From Azolla caroliniana (lineage: Eukaryota > Plantae > Polypodiophyta), in contig JBHGNT010000002.1 of assembly GCA_043228905.1 (NCBI GenBank), positions 19,096,001-19,160,000 on the forward strand: 64,000 nucleotides of DNA, read 5' to 3'. The notes beneath the pieces were generated by a model. The model was not told the origin of the DNA. It worked only from the letters and a program-made list of their open reading frames with translations, and searched no databases. Numbering within the stretch: the stretch's first letter is position 1; every line of letters begins with the position of its first letter. Made by a program: the position numbers and the translations under genes. Shown in pieces: positions 11,866 through 24,400 of this stretch.

Positions 11866-13468
11866 CTAAGGATAGGGCATTGATGTATCAAGCAAGAGTA
11901 GGTGGGTAGTTAGTTGGCTACACGGATGCTGATTGGGCCAGAAATGTCGGCGATTGCAGGTCAACATCCAGATTTGTGTTTTCATTGGGAAGCGTTGCGA
12001 TCGTCTGGAGGAGTAAAAAGCAATCGATAGTGGCACTATCGAGCACTCAGAATGAGTATCGAGGGGTGGTTGTCGCCACATGCAAAGCCATTTAGCTCAA
12101 AAGGCTATTAAAGGATCTGCACGTGGAGGTGTCTGAACCGACATTGATATACTGCAACAACCTCAACATCTTCCAACTAGTGAAGAACCCCATCTTCCAC
12201 GCCCGACCAAAAGCACATCAAGGTGCACTATCATTTTTTCCGCGAGCGAGTCCTTTTTGGTGAAGTCGAAGTTGTGTATGTTCCGACTGATCGGCAGGTG
12301 GCCGATAACTTCAATAAACCTCTAGGCCTAGACAAGTTGCGGCAATTCTCGGGCATGCTTGGCATGCAACACCTCAATATGTCGAACTTGAGGGGGAGGA
12401 CTAAAGCTGAAAAGGAGAGAGACAATGTCTGAAAATCCAAATCAGATGAACAATTCGATTTCAGCACAATTGAAGAAGTCGGAACGTCCGGATTGGTGGG
12501 AGAAGCCGAGGACGCATGAACATGTGGAAGGAGATCAGCTAAGCAAAGGCTAGCCACATGCAGGGTGAGTGATTGAAAGAGATAGTTGAAGCTAGAGCCA
12601 ACCGAACCAAGGGGAGGAAGAGCCAAGAGAGGCGGCAAAGTCAAGGAGGACAGAGATGACCGACCGAAGGCCAAGACCAAGACATGAGCAGATGTGGTCA
12701 AGGGCGTGAAGGAGTATGAATCGGAGACAACCAATTCGGACGAGAGTTGGAACGAATTAGAACCAACCGATTTGATTGTGGAAAGTGATTCGGACGAGCC
12801 GAATCACACGAAGGCTAAGCGGATGAGCCGACAAGTCAAGGGGCGCCAAAGTCGCGATAGCAAAGGAGCTAAGAAGGGCCTAAGCAACAGGCAAGTCGAT
12901 CGTATGGGTCGAGGTGCACAAAACCATACGAGTAGAGGAGTGTCGGACCGAAGGGGTTATGGGACGCAAGGCCAAACTAGATGAGGAGCACGAGCAAGGT
13001 GTCGGGACACAAGGAGAGGCTGGAATGACGAACCAGTTGCAGTTGACACAAAGGAACCTCAAGTTGAGCTTGAGGGGGAGTCTTGAAAGACAAGCTCAAC
13101 ATGGGCCGAGAGGCGAGATCGGGTGTGCCGAGTTGAATGAAATCCAAAAAAGGCCGTTGAGGGACTATATTCCTTATATAGTAAATAGGAATATTGTAGG
13201 CAGAATTAGTGTCAGGCTAATTTATGAGCAATCAAGTACTGATGGTACTTGTGTCAGCCCGCTCATCAGGGCTTGTATAAAAAGTGCTCACTGAGTACGG
13301 TGTATGTATAGAGTGTTCATTATTTGAAATAGAAGTGTTGTTGTCTGCTCACTCTATCTCTCTCTCATTGTGTATCCATTCTTTGTGTTTACCTAACTGT
13401 CGAGTTTTCGAAACCAATTGTGTACTCAATGTCTATTGCACATGCTTCTGCACACGTATTCGTTTACA
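11866..13468 (+). mobile_element. Degenerate 3' half of Ty1/copia element C (RNase H, 3' extension, PPT, 3' LTR 13081-13468)
   Basis: GYTDADWA and KHIKVHYHFFRERV motifs, PPT TGAGGGGGAG at 13071-13080. The LTR ends CGTTTACA like the LTR of element K. Confidence 0.85.
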
Positions 13469-15272
13469 AGAACTTCACAAGTTATGATGCTTAATTTGAT
13501 TCATGTTGTATTCGTTGTGCAATGAGCTTTAATTGGCTCATGTTGTTGATCACGTTTGGTGGTTGAATGTAACAATGTATTTTGATGATTGGCTTGATGG
13601 TAGCATCAAATGAGTCTTCCACATCGCTTCATATTTCCATGCCCAACATTTATGGCTTTGGATGTGTGAACATCACCATGGCTTCCTGTATTTTCAAAAT
13701 GTAGGCTACAATGGGATCAAAATGGTGATTCTCTTTTATGGCTATGATTGATGCCAAAACTGTTGGAGATGTACGATCGGAACTATAACTAGGCACGAAC
13801 ATCCTATGCCCAAGAGCATCACTTGGATTTGATGAATAGGCCGTTGGGTTTCCTTGTCATGGATATGAAATCAAGGTCAAGAGCACCCTCCTTGATCAAT
13901 TCTCTTGGTGGCTTTGTAGGATTCAAGGCAACTGCCTGGCCCGACTACTGGAAAGACACAAAGGAAGGAGGCTTTTATACGCAATGCACAATCGCAACTT
14001 TTAGTTTCGTAGTTCAACATGTTTCGATTTTTTTATCCCTCTGTGCGTGTGCGTGTGCATGTGTGTATGTGATTTCAACATGTAACCTTCTTTCTTGTTT
14101 GAGTTTATACATTGTCGTGTATAGGGGAATTTTCTTGCCAAGCCAACATAAGGATTATACATTATTTGTAGGTTATTTTCAGAAAACCCCAATCAGATAT
14201 GAATCAACCTTATAACTCCTTTCATTTTTTGGTACCGTTTTGGAAAAGCTTTGATTATTATGATTATATGACTTGCAATCTACCTTAATCAAACAACTTA
14301 TCCTTATTAATGGATCTACTTCTACAACTTATCCTTATTAATGTGTGCATTGACTCAATTTTATTTATATTTCTATGTGACTACATGTGCGTATAGGTTA
14401 ATGTGAGGCTTCCTCTTTCTTCTTATTTTTTGATAGATTAGAAGATCCATAGTGGAAACTTTATCCTTTATTGCCTTGTAATCTTCCATATATCCTAGGT
14501 ATTTTAATTTTCTTATTTTCTAGGGAATACATTGATTGTGTATATGTGTTTCTACTTCTTAAAAATGGAATCCATAGATTATATTAGTCCAACATACTTT
14601 ACATTGTTAGTACAATATGGCCCACAACATTGTATTGCACTAGAAAAAATTATTTGATTTGGTATATGCTAAATTAGTTTTTCAACATGTTTTGGTTGAC
14701 ATTATCACTTGTTTTGCTATGCGCTAAAGTTGTTTTTCAACATGTTTCGGTTGACATTATCACTTGTAGGAAAGTGGTCGGTTAAAATTTTAAAATTTTA
14801 GTTAAGTTCATAAGAAGTAGGAAAATTTCCGATAGGAGCTATATACTTTGCCCACCACTGCTACCTTCTATTTGAAATATTAAGTCTTCAACGTGCAATT
14901 GTGGTATATATTAAAGAGACCGATACATTGTCATTCGTGAATTTTACATGAACATCAAGTGACACACATTAAAGAGACCTAGGCAAGTTACATGAACAAT
15001 AATAAAATAATATGTTCTAAAGAGACATAGGGAGGTCTACATGAAGAATAATAAATACGCATTAAAGAGGGATAACATCCAATTTCTTTTAGAGGAACAA
15101 TAACCATTAAAGAGACATGCGAGTTTCACATGATTCACCCACAAAGAGGATGCATACAAACTCTATAAAAAATGTGAAAGAAACGATTATAAATTATGTA
15201 ACATTTATGATGATAATGGAGCTATATATATAAACCTTCTATGCATATGCTAGCTACAAACATGGTCAAGCA

Positions 15273-15710
15273 ATGTATTCAAATAGGTTTGGCTCATCAT
15301 TCATCGCAAGGTTTTTCAAGAGGAGAGTAGGCTTTTACCCATTACCTCACCATGATGCAGAATATCCAAATCATGTAAGTGAGTCTATGTGCTATACGCA
15401 ACTTCCTACATTTTATCGTGGAGGAGAAGACAAGAAAGAGGATTTTCTCGCACAAAAATTAGAGAAATACTCCCTTGATCAAAATTCAAGTAGAAGAAGC
15501 TCTACTAAGTCAACAATGAGGAAAAGGAGAACACTAAAGGGAACTAGCTTTAGGACCAAAGTGAAGATTGTATGTGCTAAAGTTTTAGAGGCATCAACCA
15601 AAGGTAGTCCCCACTTGAGTGAATTATTCGTTGGAAACCAATTACTCTTCATCAACGTGCCCATTAACATCAAGTTGTTTGAAAAAATGTCATCGAAAGT
15701 CTCCAAGTGA
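15273..15710 (+). CDS. Probable small plant host gene or pseudogene of an uncharacterised family
   Basis: Intronless 145-aa ORF in AT-rich non-TE DNA, with a TATA-like TATATATAAA about 45 bp upstream. The C-terminus SPHLSELFVGNQLLFINVP resembles a plant motif I recall as HFGDLFAGNYLFMQV. Confidence 0.5.
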   Translation: MYSNRFGSSFIARFFKRRVGFYPLPHHDAEYPNHVSESMCYTQLPTFYRGGEDKKEDFLAQKLEKYSLDQNSSRRSSTKSTMRKRRTLKGTSFRTKVKIVCAKVLEASTKGSPHLSELFVGNQLLFINVPINIKLFEKMSSKVSK

Positions 15711-15936
15711 GCAATGTAACCTCCAAGTTAGGTAATTTGCATGTTATTCCACAATGATATTGTGTAAATAATATATAGAACCACCTTAGGTTAAATGTAA
15801 TCCCCCTCCTTAAAGAATTGCATGTCTCAGTAATATAGTCATTTGATTTATGTTGAAATGCTCCTTTATGTGGTGTTGTTTTAGTCCCCAAAAACCATAT
15901 ATTGAGTGTGTCCATTCTTGTCAACAATGTGATTAT

Positions 15937-16273
15937 TTATGTAATTATTGAATGTCTTAGAGTTTGAAAGAGGGATAAGTTGGCCACATGATTGGATTTA
16001 TGTAGTAAAATGTGGATGTACAACAGGGTATAGTAGTGGATTATTATTTTTAACTTGAAAAAGCTTTCATTACAAGTTATGTCCCATTTGTACGTGGTGT
16101 CCATTTTGAGAAGTTGCCACAAAGGGGATGTAATGACAGTGATGTTGGCGATAAAGCGGATGTAGAAGGTAGCCATGCCTAGGGAACTGTGGAGTGGTTT
16201 GACATTGGAAGGTTGAGGATAACTTGTGAATGGAAAGGGAAACCATACATAGTGAAATGTAATTCATAAACAT
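15937..16273 (-). pseudogene. Ty3/gypsy RT/RNase H linker relic
   Basis: ATFYIRFIANITVITSPLWQLLKMDTTYKWDITCNESFFKLK resembles the connection region of gypsy pol. Confidence 0.75.
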
Positions 16274-16859
16274 AATATAGTTAAGAAGAATAAAATAGAT
16301 TGGAATTGATCATTCTAATGGTATGAGGGATGATGAGATATTAAACTTTCTTCTCTACATATATTGATGACAATTTATGGCGACGAACATGGTGATCCAT
16401 AGTACGTAAAATTCATGTTCATCTAGTATAACATTCGTTTTCCTACGTTGGAAAACGAATGCGAATGTTATTCAAACATTCTTGTGTTTTTTTCCATTTT
16501 TTAGGCTTATTTACCTCATAATAAATAGTTAATCCAAAAGTATGGTATTTATCATTCTTTGAGGGTGTTTTTCTTACGCGAATGATTGAAACATTCATGA
16601 ATGCGAATGCAGGTATGGTACGTATGGTTCATACTATGTGGTGATCTATCATTAGACAAATTGATACACGAACACATGATCGTTAAGTAATTTGATAAAC
16701 ACATACACAATGATTTCATTCAAAATGCACATAAAATTCCATACATAGATAAATTATCTTTATCTATTTACTTCTCTATTATAATAGAATGGTGATAGTC
16801 ATTCATTATATTTCAACTTTGTAAGAGAGATCACCATCTAAATATAAGTAAAATCATAA

Positions 16860-17972
16860 TTTATTTATTTTTTTTCCAAAGTAAAGCTACTTTCCCATTA
16901 GTTAGGAAGGATTATTACATAGAGTCTATAAGGAGACTTATACACACATCGGGGAGACTTCCTCCGATCAAGCCAAAGAAGATGAGCCACTTACATTGCC
17001 TTGCGGCCTAACTTAATGTAAGAAGCTACCTGTATCCAAGGCGATGCCCTTCAATGTTGCCTAGTACGAGTCGGCTCTTGGGGCCTACACCGAAGAGAGG
17101 GTGGCAGGTGAGTAGGAAACAACCAACGTGGGGGCTGGTAGTTCCACCTCGGGCCACTCCCGCCTTGCATCACCATAGGTGTGTTCCGCCATTTCTGCCA
17201 AAAGTGCAAACGGGCAGTGGTCACGTTGTTGGAGTGGCTGCAAACCTCTTCTAGTTGCCCTCGTAGGCAGCTGATAAGCGCGAACCATATGTCCATGATC
17301 ATTTCCTCCGGGGGCCGTACCGTACCTTGGAAGACCTTGAGGCAACGCGCTTTCCATATATACCACAAGGTGAAACCTGCGATCAACATCCAGATTTCCG
17401 GAAACCTAGGGGATGTGGGTTGCAAGCCTCTTTCAAAACGGATCTTGACGATTTTGCCTCTCGTGCATACATAGCACCAACTATCCGCATTGACGGCGTC
17501 CGTCCACCCTTCGACCGAGTGATCAATCCATGCCGCAGTGCTCCACGAGGCTGTTCCTTCAACTTCACATGCCACAAGGAGGCGAGTCACTCTATCCCAT
17601 ACCTTTTGAGCTTGAGGACAATCCCACAAACAATGTCTCAGAGACTCAATAGGTAGAGAGCACAGTGGGCAGCCTAACGGGCCGCCACGTTTATCTAACC
17701 ATTCGCCAACGGGCACCACATTATGACCAATCTGCCACCAAAAGAGCTTAATCTTTTCAGGCATGTGGAGACGCCAAAGACCCTTCCAGAAGGCAGTGAG
17801 CGCCTCATCGGGGATGCCCAATGTTCGCCAGCCGTTGCGAAGGGGGCCGCCTGGCTGCAGCTGCAAAGTCCGACCCAATTTAGTGGTGTAATCAAAGAAG
17901 TGGTGGAGTCTATCGTCATGTTTCCATCTGAAATCCCCCGGGTCCCAATCCAGATCGACAAGGGGTTTAGGG

Positions 17973-17974
<2 letters not shown>
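16860..17974 (-). mobile_element. 5'-truncated L1-type LINE (C-terminal zf-RVT region and poly(A) tail)
   Basis: PEKIKLFWW...CPLCSLPIESLRHCLWDCPQAQKVW and LWYIWKARC. A T-tract at 16860-16875 is poly(A) on the minus strand. Confidence 0.9.

Positions 17975-18010
<36 letters not shown>
17975..18010. repeat. (CA)n microsatellite
   Basis: About 18 AC units, with a shorter (TG)n nearby at about 18043-18058. Confidence 0.98.
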
Positions 18011-18012
<2 letters not shown>

Positions 18013-18839
18013 TCATTAAACAATTCAATACATAAATCTCTATGTGTGTGTGTGTGTGTTTTCATAAATAACGTCGTTCATTGTAAAATAAAAACACCAT
18101 CACTAACTTATAACAAAATTTGGAACTCTAGGGATCTAAATACTACAAACTCAATTCCACCCTTCATACCAATTTAGATGACAAATATGGTGACATATCA
18201 CCCCCATATCACCTTGTAGAGTTGGCTCTCTTCATGGTTGAGATTCGTGATTTCTCTAACATTCTCAATTGCCACAAAAAAAGCTACTTTAACTTTGCAA
18301 CATATTTTCTCACCCCAACTTGTGAATCAAATGTGTAGGCATTCTATAAATGAACTATAGCCCACAATATCTAAACTCTAAACCCAAAACCCTCAATATG
18401 GTATCACTCCATTGTTCTCCGTATGTGCAAAAACCCAATTGACTGAAGATAGTCTTATTCCAGCCTAAGTTATCCACATCATTCTAGTCATTGAGCATGA
18501 AAGAAATTGATGCCTACTAATTCCAATTCACTTAACAAAAGAAATATATTTCAGTAACAATGTTACTTTTGTTTAAAGCATCCTCCAATGTTCAAGTTCC
18601 AACCATAACTCTCTATATGAGTATTTTGGTTTGTACCATCGATTGAGAATACAAATCTATAATGCTCAAATGAAACCACCAAACAATGGCTTACGGAAAT
18701 GATACCTTTATGATCCGTTCTTCCATTGACTTATGTTTGTCAATCAAACTTCATATATATATATATTCCAAACAACATATCTTCCATTAGTTTTAAAAAG
18801 GCATATCAGATACAAAATACAAAATAGAGAAGTGACAAT

Positions 18840-19130
18840 TCTTGCCAACCCGTCTTGTGTAAGACAATGGCTAGCCATGGATCCTTCATTTGATAGAAAT
18901 GATTGAGCACTTCCTCAATTTTCCCCATTCTCAACATCTTGAGTATCACCACATACTTTCAAGCCAGAACCAAGTACAAATGTATTTGGCAAGATATTAT
19001 GTGTTTGCATCTCCTTCATGAGGTTTAGTGCTTCCTCACCATGCTCATGTTCTACATAATCAATTATCAGTGCAGTCCATAGGATCACATCTTTGACCAT
19101 TCTTTGTTGATATCATAATCAATCTCCTAT
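18840..19130 (-). pseudogene. PLS-class pentatricopeptide-repeat gene relic
   Basis: KDVILWTALIIDYVEHEHGEEALNLMKEMQTHNILPNTFVLGSGLKVCG matches PPR consensus motifs; flanks are decayed. Confidence 0.85.
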
Positions 19131-19799
19131 TTCCATAAATGCCCAATCAAGTTATTGACGTCCACCATCTAAATCAAGTATTGGGTCATACAATAATAAT
19201 AATTTTTACAACTTATACCAAATAAAGATATAACCTCTTGGAATACAAAAAGATGATCTTGCTCTTTGTGTTGCAAACTTAACATCCTTCATTACCCAAT
19301 CTAGTGATCTAATTAAATTGATAGTAAAGGAGTTTTTTATCATCCTCCCCCAATAACCTTGACGTGTGAGAACCTCCATTTGTCATGAATTGGCATACAC
19401 CCCCCTCCTCCACTCAAATACTACACATTTATTAGAACATACGCATAACTCAATAATAACCTCCCTCTAACCCACACTCCACCCACTGAGTGTTGACGAC
19501 ATCATCATAATCCATGTTATTGCATTTGTTGTTCACATGATGTGCTTTGTCCCATGTAGTCATGAGTATCCAAACAAAACAATGGATGACGTATTGTCCC
19601 CTCATGAATGGGTCAACACAATCAATAAAAAGAAGAAAAAAGAGAGAAACAAATATGCCATTTTGATTGATGAGAAAAGATGACATCAACATTATAAAAG
19701 ATCAATAGTTTGTAGCCTTTTGGCATATGATAGTTTTCTATAAACGATGATAAGATGTAAAGACAAAGACAGATAAATTAGTGATCAAATCTTCATTTA

Positions 19800-20100
19800 A
19801 AAGACTACATGTGGAATAATGGAGTTCCACATTGGTTGCCTCATCCGGATTTTCAATGGCATCAACATGGGAGGTCAGTATGATATCTTGATTGTCAAGT
19901 CGGTGTTGATATTACACATGATCAACTTATTACCCGTATGTTGATGTCATTGAAGAAAAAAATGTTGTTTTGTTCTTCTCGGCATTTATCATTTGCTGGA
20001 AGAATCGCAATTGGTAATCAAGTGCTTCTAGGGAATTCGTCATGGAAATTGCGACTTCCTGAACATATGAAGGAATTGGTTCCTTTTATAAGTGGATATT
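19800..20100 (+). pseudogene. LINE ORF2 relic
   Basis: SSRHLSFAGRIAIGNQVL matches the plant L1 LSxAGRxxLxxxVL motif. Confidence 0.6.
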
Positions 20101-20189
20101 GGAAGCCAAATGTGAGGTGGTGGTTGTTGGAGGACTTAGGACCGTCAATGCGCAATGTGAACAACACTATGTGATGAAGATCACTTAAG

Positions 20190-21463
20190 TTGATGACAAA
20201 GATTAGCAAGCCAACTTAACAAAGATCAAGATCAAAGAAACATAGTGAGAGGGAGAGACAAGGAGGCACACAATGTAATTATCTTAGTCCAAATGTTACA
20301 ATACAATAAGAAAACTTACAACAACTCTCAACAACATCATGAACTAGGTTACAAGGCCAGTTATATACTAACTGGGCTCGGGAAACTACCCTTTGACATA
20401 TTTACATAAATGTCCTAAACCTAGTCTGTCCAAATGGGACTATGTGAATACGGGCATTATGCATTCGTGTTCGACCCCCCCCCCCCCCCCCCCCTGTAAT
20501 GGGCGTATACAGTAAGAAGATACTTGTAATATAAAGCCAGAGATACATGATATACAGAAAGATGTTAGGATAGGTCGGCTTATTGCTGAATTAGTAATGG
20601 ATGAAATAAATAGAGGCTGAATTGGGTAGTTCATTAGCAGATGCCAAATCAACTATTGAGGCTAACTATTCAAAGTTATCTTTGTTCTTTGACTCGATTG
20701 GACTGATTTCTCTTTAAGCTTATCTGGTGCCGAAGTGACCAGAATCTGTTAGCTGTGAGACACTTGGTCATCTCGTCTGATATGTTGTCAGCCGTGGAGA
20801 TCTTATAGAGGTCAAGCTTACCTAAGGTTACATAGTCCTGAATGATTTGGTATCGAACGTCGATGTGTTTCGAGGCATTGTGGTGGATTGGGTTCTTCGA
20901 CAAGGCAACAACACCCTGACTATCCCTATAGACAACTGGAGCCGAATTGGGTTTGGCTTGGCAAAATGTACACGCCAATCGACCAAGCCATAGAGTCTCT
21001 TTTGCATCGTCGAACCTAGCTACATATTCAGCTTTAGTGGTTGAAGTGGTCGTGCACTCCTGAAGTTTTGACTTCCATGAAATTGCTCCATTGCCATCGC
21101 GGCTACATATTCGGCTTCGGTGGTTGAAGTGGTCACGCACTCCTGAAGTTTCGACTCCATGAAATTGCTTTTGAAGAAGTATCATGTCGTCGATTTTCGG
21201 TTGTCCACACAAGCAGAAAAGTCCCAGTTAGTGTAGCCGACTACACCTCGGTTCTTGTTTGGACCGAAGAGGATACCAAGGTCTTGTGTGCCTACCGCAT
21301 CTGTTTATGACTCCTACGACATGAGCAATGTCAGTCCATGCCACGACCATCACATACATTAAGGAGTAGACTACCGGTGCACATACGATACCAACTTTAT
21401 ATCTTCCCCCTCCGTACCGGATGTCAGACAATCTCGCTAAGATAGTCAAAGGCTAGTAATGAG
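20190..21463 (-). mobile_element. Degenerate Ty1/copia element E, 3' part (RNase H and probable 3' LTR at about 20190-20475)
   Basis: GAISWKSKLQ..STTKAEY and HNASKHIDVRY. A poly-C run near 20475 is the PPT on the minus strand. Element D is inserted into it. Confidence 0.75.
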
Positions 21464-24400
21464 TGTCATGCATGATATGGCTTTGAAAGGATTCAAACCC
21501 ATGACCTTGTGTTACATGGGTTGAACCATTGCCATTAAACCATGAATTGTAATACTAAATATATTAGTTTCATTTATTATTTCTATAGGAAATTCATGTA
21601 TATTCTAGATTACTTTGGAACATTCTAGAAACTTCAAGAGTAATCTTGACAACCCTATAAATAGAGGCATAAGGCGTTATTCCGAACCAATTCAGTTCAA
21701 CGCCAGTCTTAAGCCTTCTAGTTGTTCTTGTATCTTTCTTCATATAATATAATATACTTCTTGTTGTCATCATTATCTCTCTCTCTCTCTCTCTCTCCAT
21801 CTCTCCTCTGACGTGGTTCTCACACACTCTTTCCCTTCTTTGTACTAATCCTCATTCTTCTCCTCTATCTTTAGTACTAATTCTCCTTGCCTTTAGTACT
21901 ATCCCTGAAAGTTTGAACCGAATTGTCTTCAACTTTGTATCCCTCCTTCCCTTCATACTAATCGTCTTATCCTTCCTTCCTCCAATACTATGGCAATTGT
22001 TAGCGCTCAAGAATACCAATATGTTTTCTCGGAGCTGCAATGCTTGAAAGAAAGGTTTGTCGCATTGGAACAAGAAAATCAATGCCGGTTGGGGGATCTT
22101 CAACAAATCTCGCGCAACAACAACATGGGGAGTTAGCATTACACGTGCAACAACTTGAAGCAACCATTGTAGCATTGCAACAACAAGGATCAAGTACTCA
22201 AGGGATTCATAAAGAGCCCAAGATCGGCCTTCCTATGAAATTCGATGGAACACAATCACAGTTCAGAGGATTCCTTAATCAGGTACGATTAGTCCTTCAA
22301 ATGCATCCTTCCCGATATCCCACCGATGCATCACGAGTGGGTCTAATAGGCACGTTACTGAGTGGCTCCGCTGTGGCATGGTTCGCTCTGTTGTTGGAAA
22401 AAATTTCTCCATTACTAAATAATTTTGAAGAGTTTATAAGCGAGTTTAAAGCTTGGTTTGGAGATACTGATAGCATAAGGATGAAAATCAACAAAATCCG
22501 ACGATTACATCAAGGTGATCGTCCAGCCTTCGCTTATGCCACAGATTTTCGTCTACTCGCCTCCGATATCCCCTGGGATGATCAAGCATTGATGGAGCAA
22601 TTTCGATATGGCCTATGAAATGATGTCAAAGACTTACTCCTCACTTTCTCTGAAGAACCAAAATCGCTCACAGAGGCAATCAATCAAGTTGTACGATGCA
22701 ATAACCGTTTTTTCAAACGATGTTCAGAATGCCAGTTACAAATGCCAAGGACCAGGTCAGAGCCCACATACGCCTCGGTCATAGCAAAACCATTTGCAAG
22801 GGAGTCATACACTGCATCTCTGCCATATACTCCAACACCGAAGGAAATCGACACCACACGTCGTCATGGACCATTGTCAGAAGAAGAAAAGCAACAACGC
22901 CAAGTAAATCGATTATGTCTTTACTATGGAGGACCAGGGCATATTGCAATAAACTGTCCACATAGGCCAAGAAGATAGGTAAATCAAATAGTAGTTTGTA
23001 CTAAACTTGAGTCTATTTTGGTAGGAGTGTATGATAGTACTAATAGCCCAATTCTATCGAACAAATTTGAAGTCCTTAGTCAGTTAGAAGAAGAGTTAAA
23101 CGACTAAGTCCAGCCAAAATAGGAGCCATTTGGTTGGACAACCCTAGATTTGTGCAACCCATTAGTGGTTCCATTCCCTCTAAGCAAGTTAGCAATGTCT
23201 TCCTAGCTCAAGTAACTATTAGTACTAAAAGTATCCCTCTAGTACATGTCTTAGCACTCCTAGATTCTAGAGCTAATTCTTTCTTCATGGATAAGAATTT
23301 TGCCGAAGCTCATCAGATATCTCTAAGAAAACTCCCTTGCCCAGCCTCTGTAGTAGTCATTGATGGTCGCCCCATTGCTTTCGGAAATATCGTAGAAGAG
23401 TCAGAGCCAATTCAGGTTACCCTAGATGATTTGGGATGTGTAGTATCATTCAATATAATTACTAGTCCAAAACATCACATTGTTTTGGGGTTACCGTGGT
23501 TCAAGTTACATAATCTGGACATAGATTGGAGAACAAGAGAAATCCGGTATCGAAAACCTCGAGAATCTACTCATAAGATTTCAACCATTTTGCTACATCA
23601 ACTACGTGAGGAAGGACGCAAGGAATCAATGTTTGTATTCGCAGTATCAGTAAAACCTTCCAACATCATTAAAGAGGAATCCATAGTTCAACTTCCAGAG
23701 AAGTATCGTCATTATGTCGACGTGTTTGATAAGGCACAAGCTAGTACTCTTCCTCACCATTGACCGTATGATTGTCCCATTGATTTACAACTAGGAAAAG
23801 AGCCACCATGGGGACCGATCTACAACTTGTCACCAACTGAGCTACAAGTCCTTCGAGCCTACATAGAGGAGAATTTGGCGAAACACGTTCATTTGACATT
23901 CGAAATCTCCAACCGGCGCACCCATTTTCTTGGTCAAGAAAAAGGATGGATCACTTCGTCTCGTCATAGATTACCGTGGCTTGAATAAGGTCACCATCAG
24001 GAATAGGTATGCACTTCCCCTAATCTCGAGTCTTTTAGAACAAATCAATGGTGCAAAGTTCTTCACAAAAATTGACTTACGAGGCACATATAACCCCGTA
24101 CGGATCCAACCAGGAGATGAATGGAAGACCACTTTTCGTACCCGATACGGGCACTTCGAGTATATGGTTATGCCATTCGGTCTCACCAATGTGCCAACAA
24201 TCTTCCAACACATGGCAAATGATATATTCCAAGATCACTTAGATATCTGTTTGATCATCTATTTGGATAATCTACCGGTTTATTTGAAGACTAAGGAAGA
24301 GCATGATTCTCATGTACTATTAGTACTAAAACGACTTTGAGAACATGGTCTTTATGCAAAACTAGAAAAATGTAGTTTTGAGTCCAACCAGGTGGAATTT

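Noticed and set aside
13823-14215. 130-aa ORF
   Set aside because: Non-ATG start, runs through a GT microsatellite, and has no recognisable domain. A degenerate exon cannot be excluded.
16432-16461. 12-bp perfect hairpin as a terminator or MITE end
   Set aside because: Eukaryotic context, and no matching second terminus or TSD identified.
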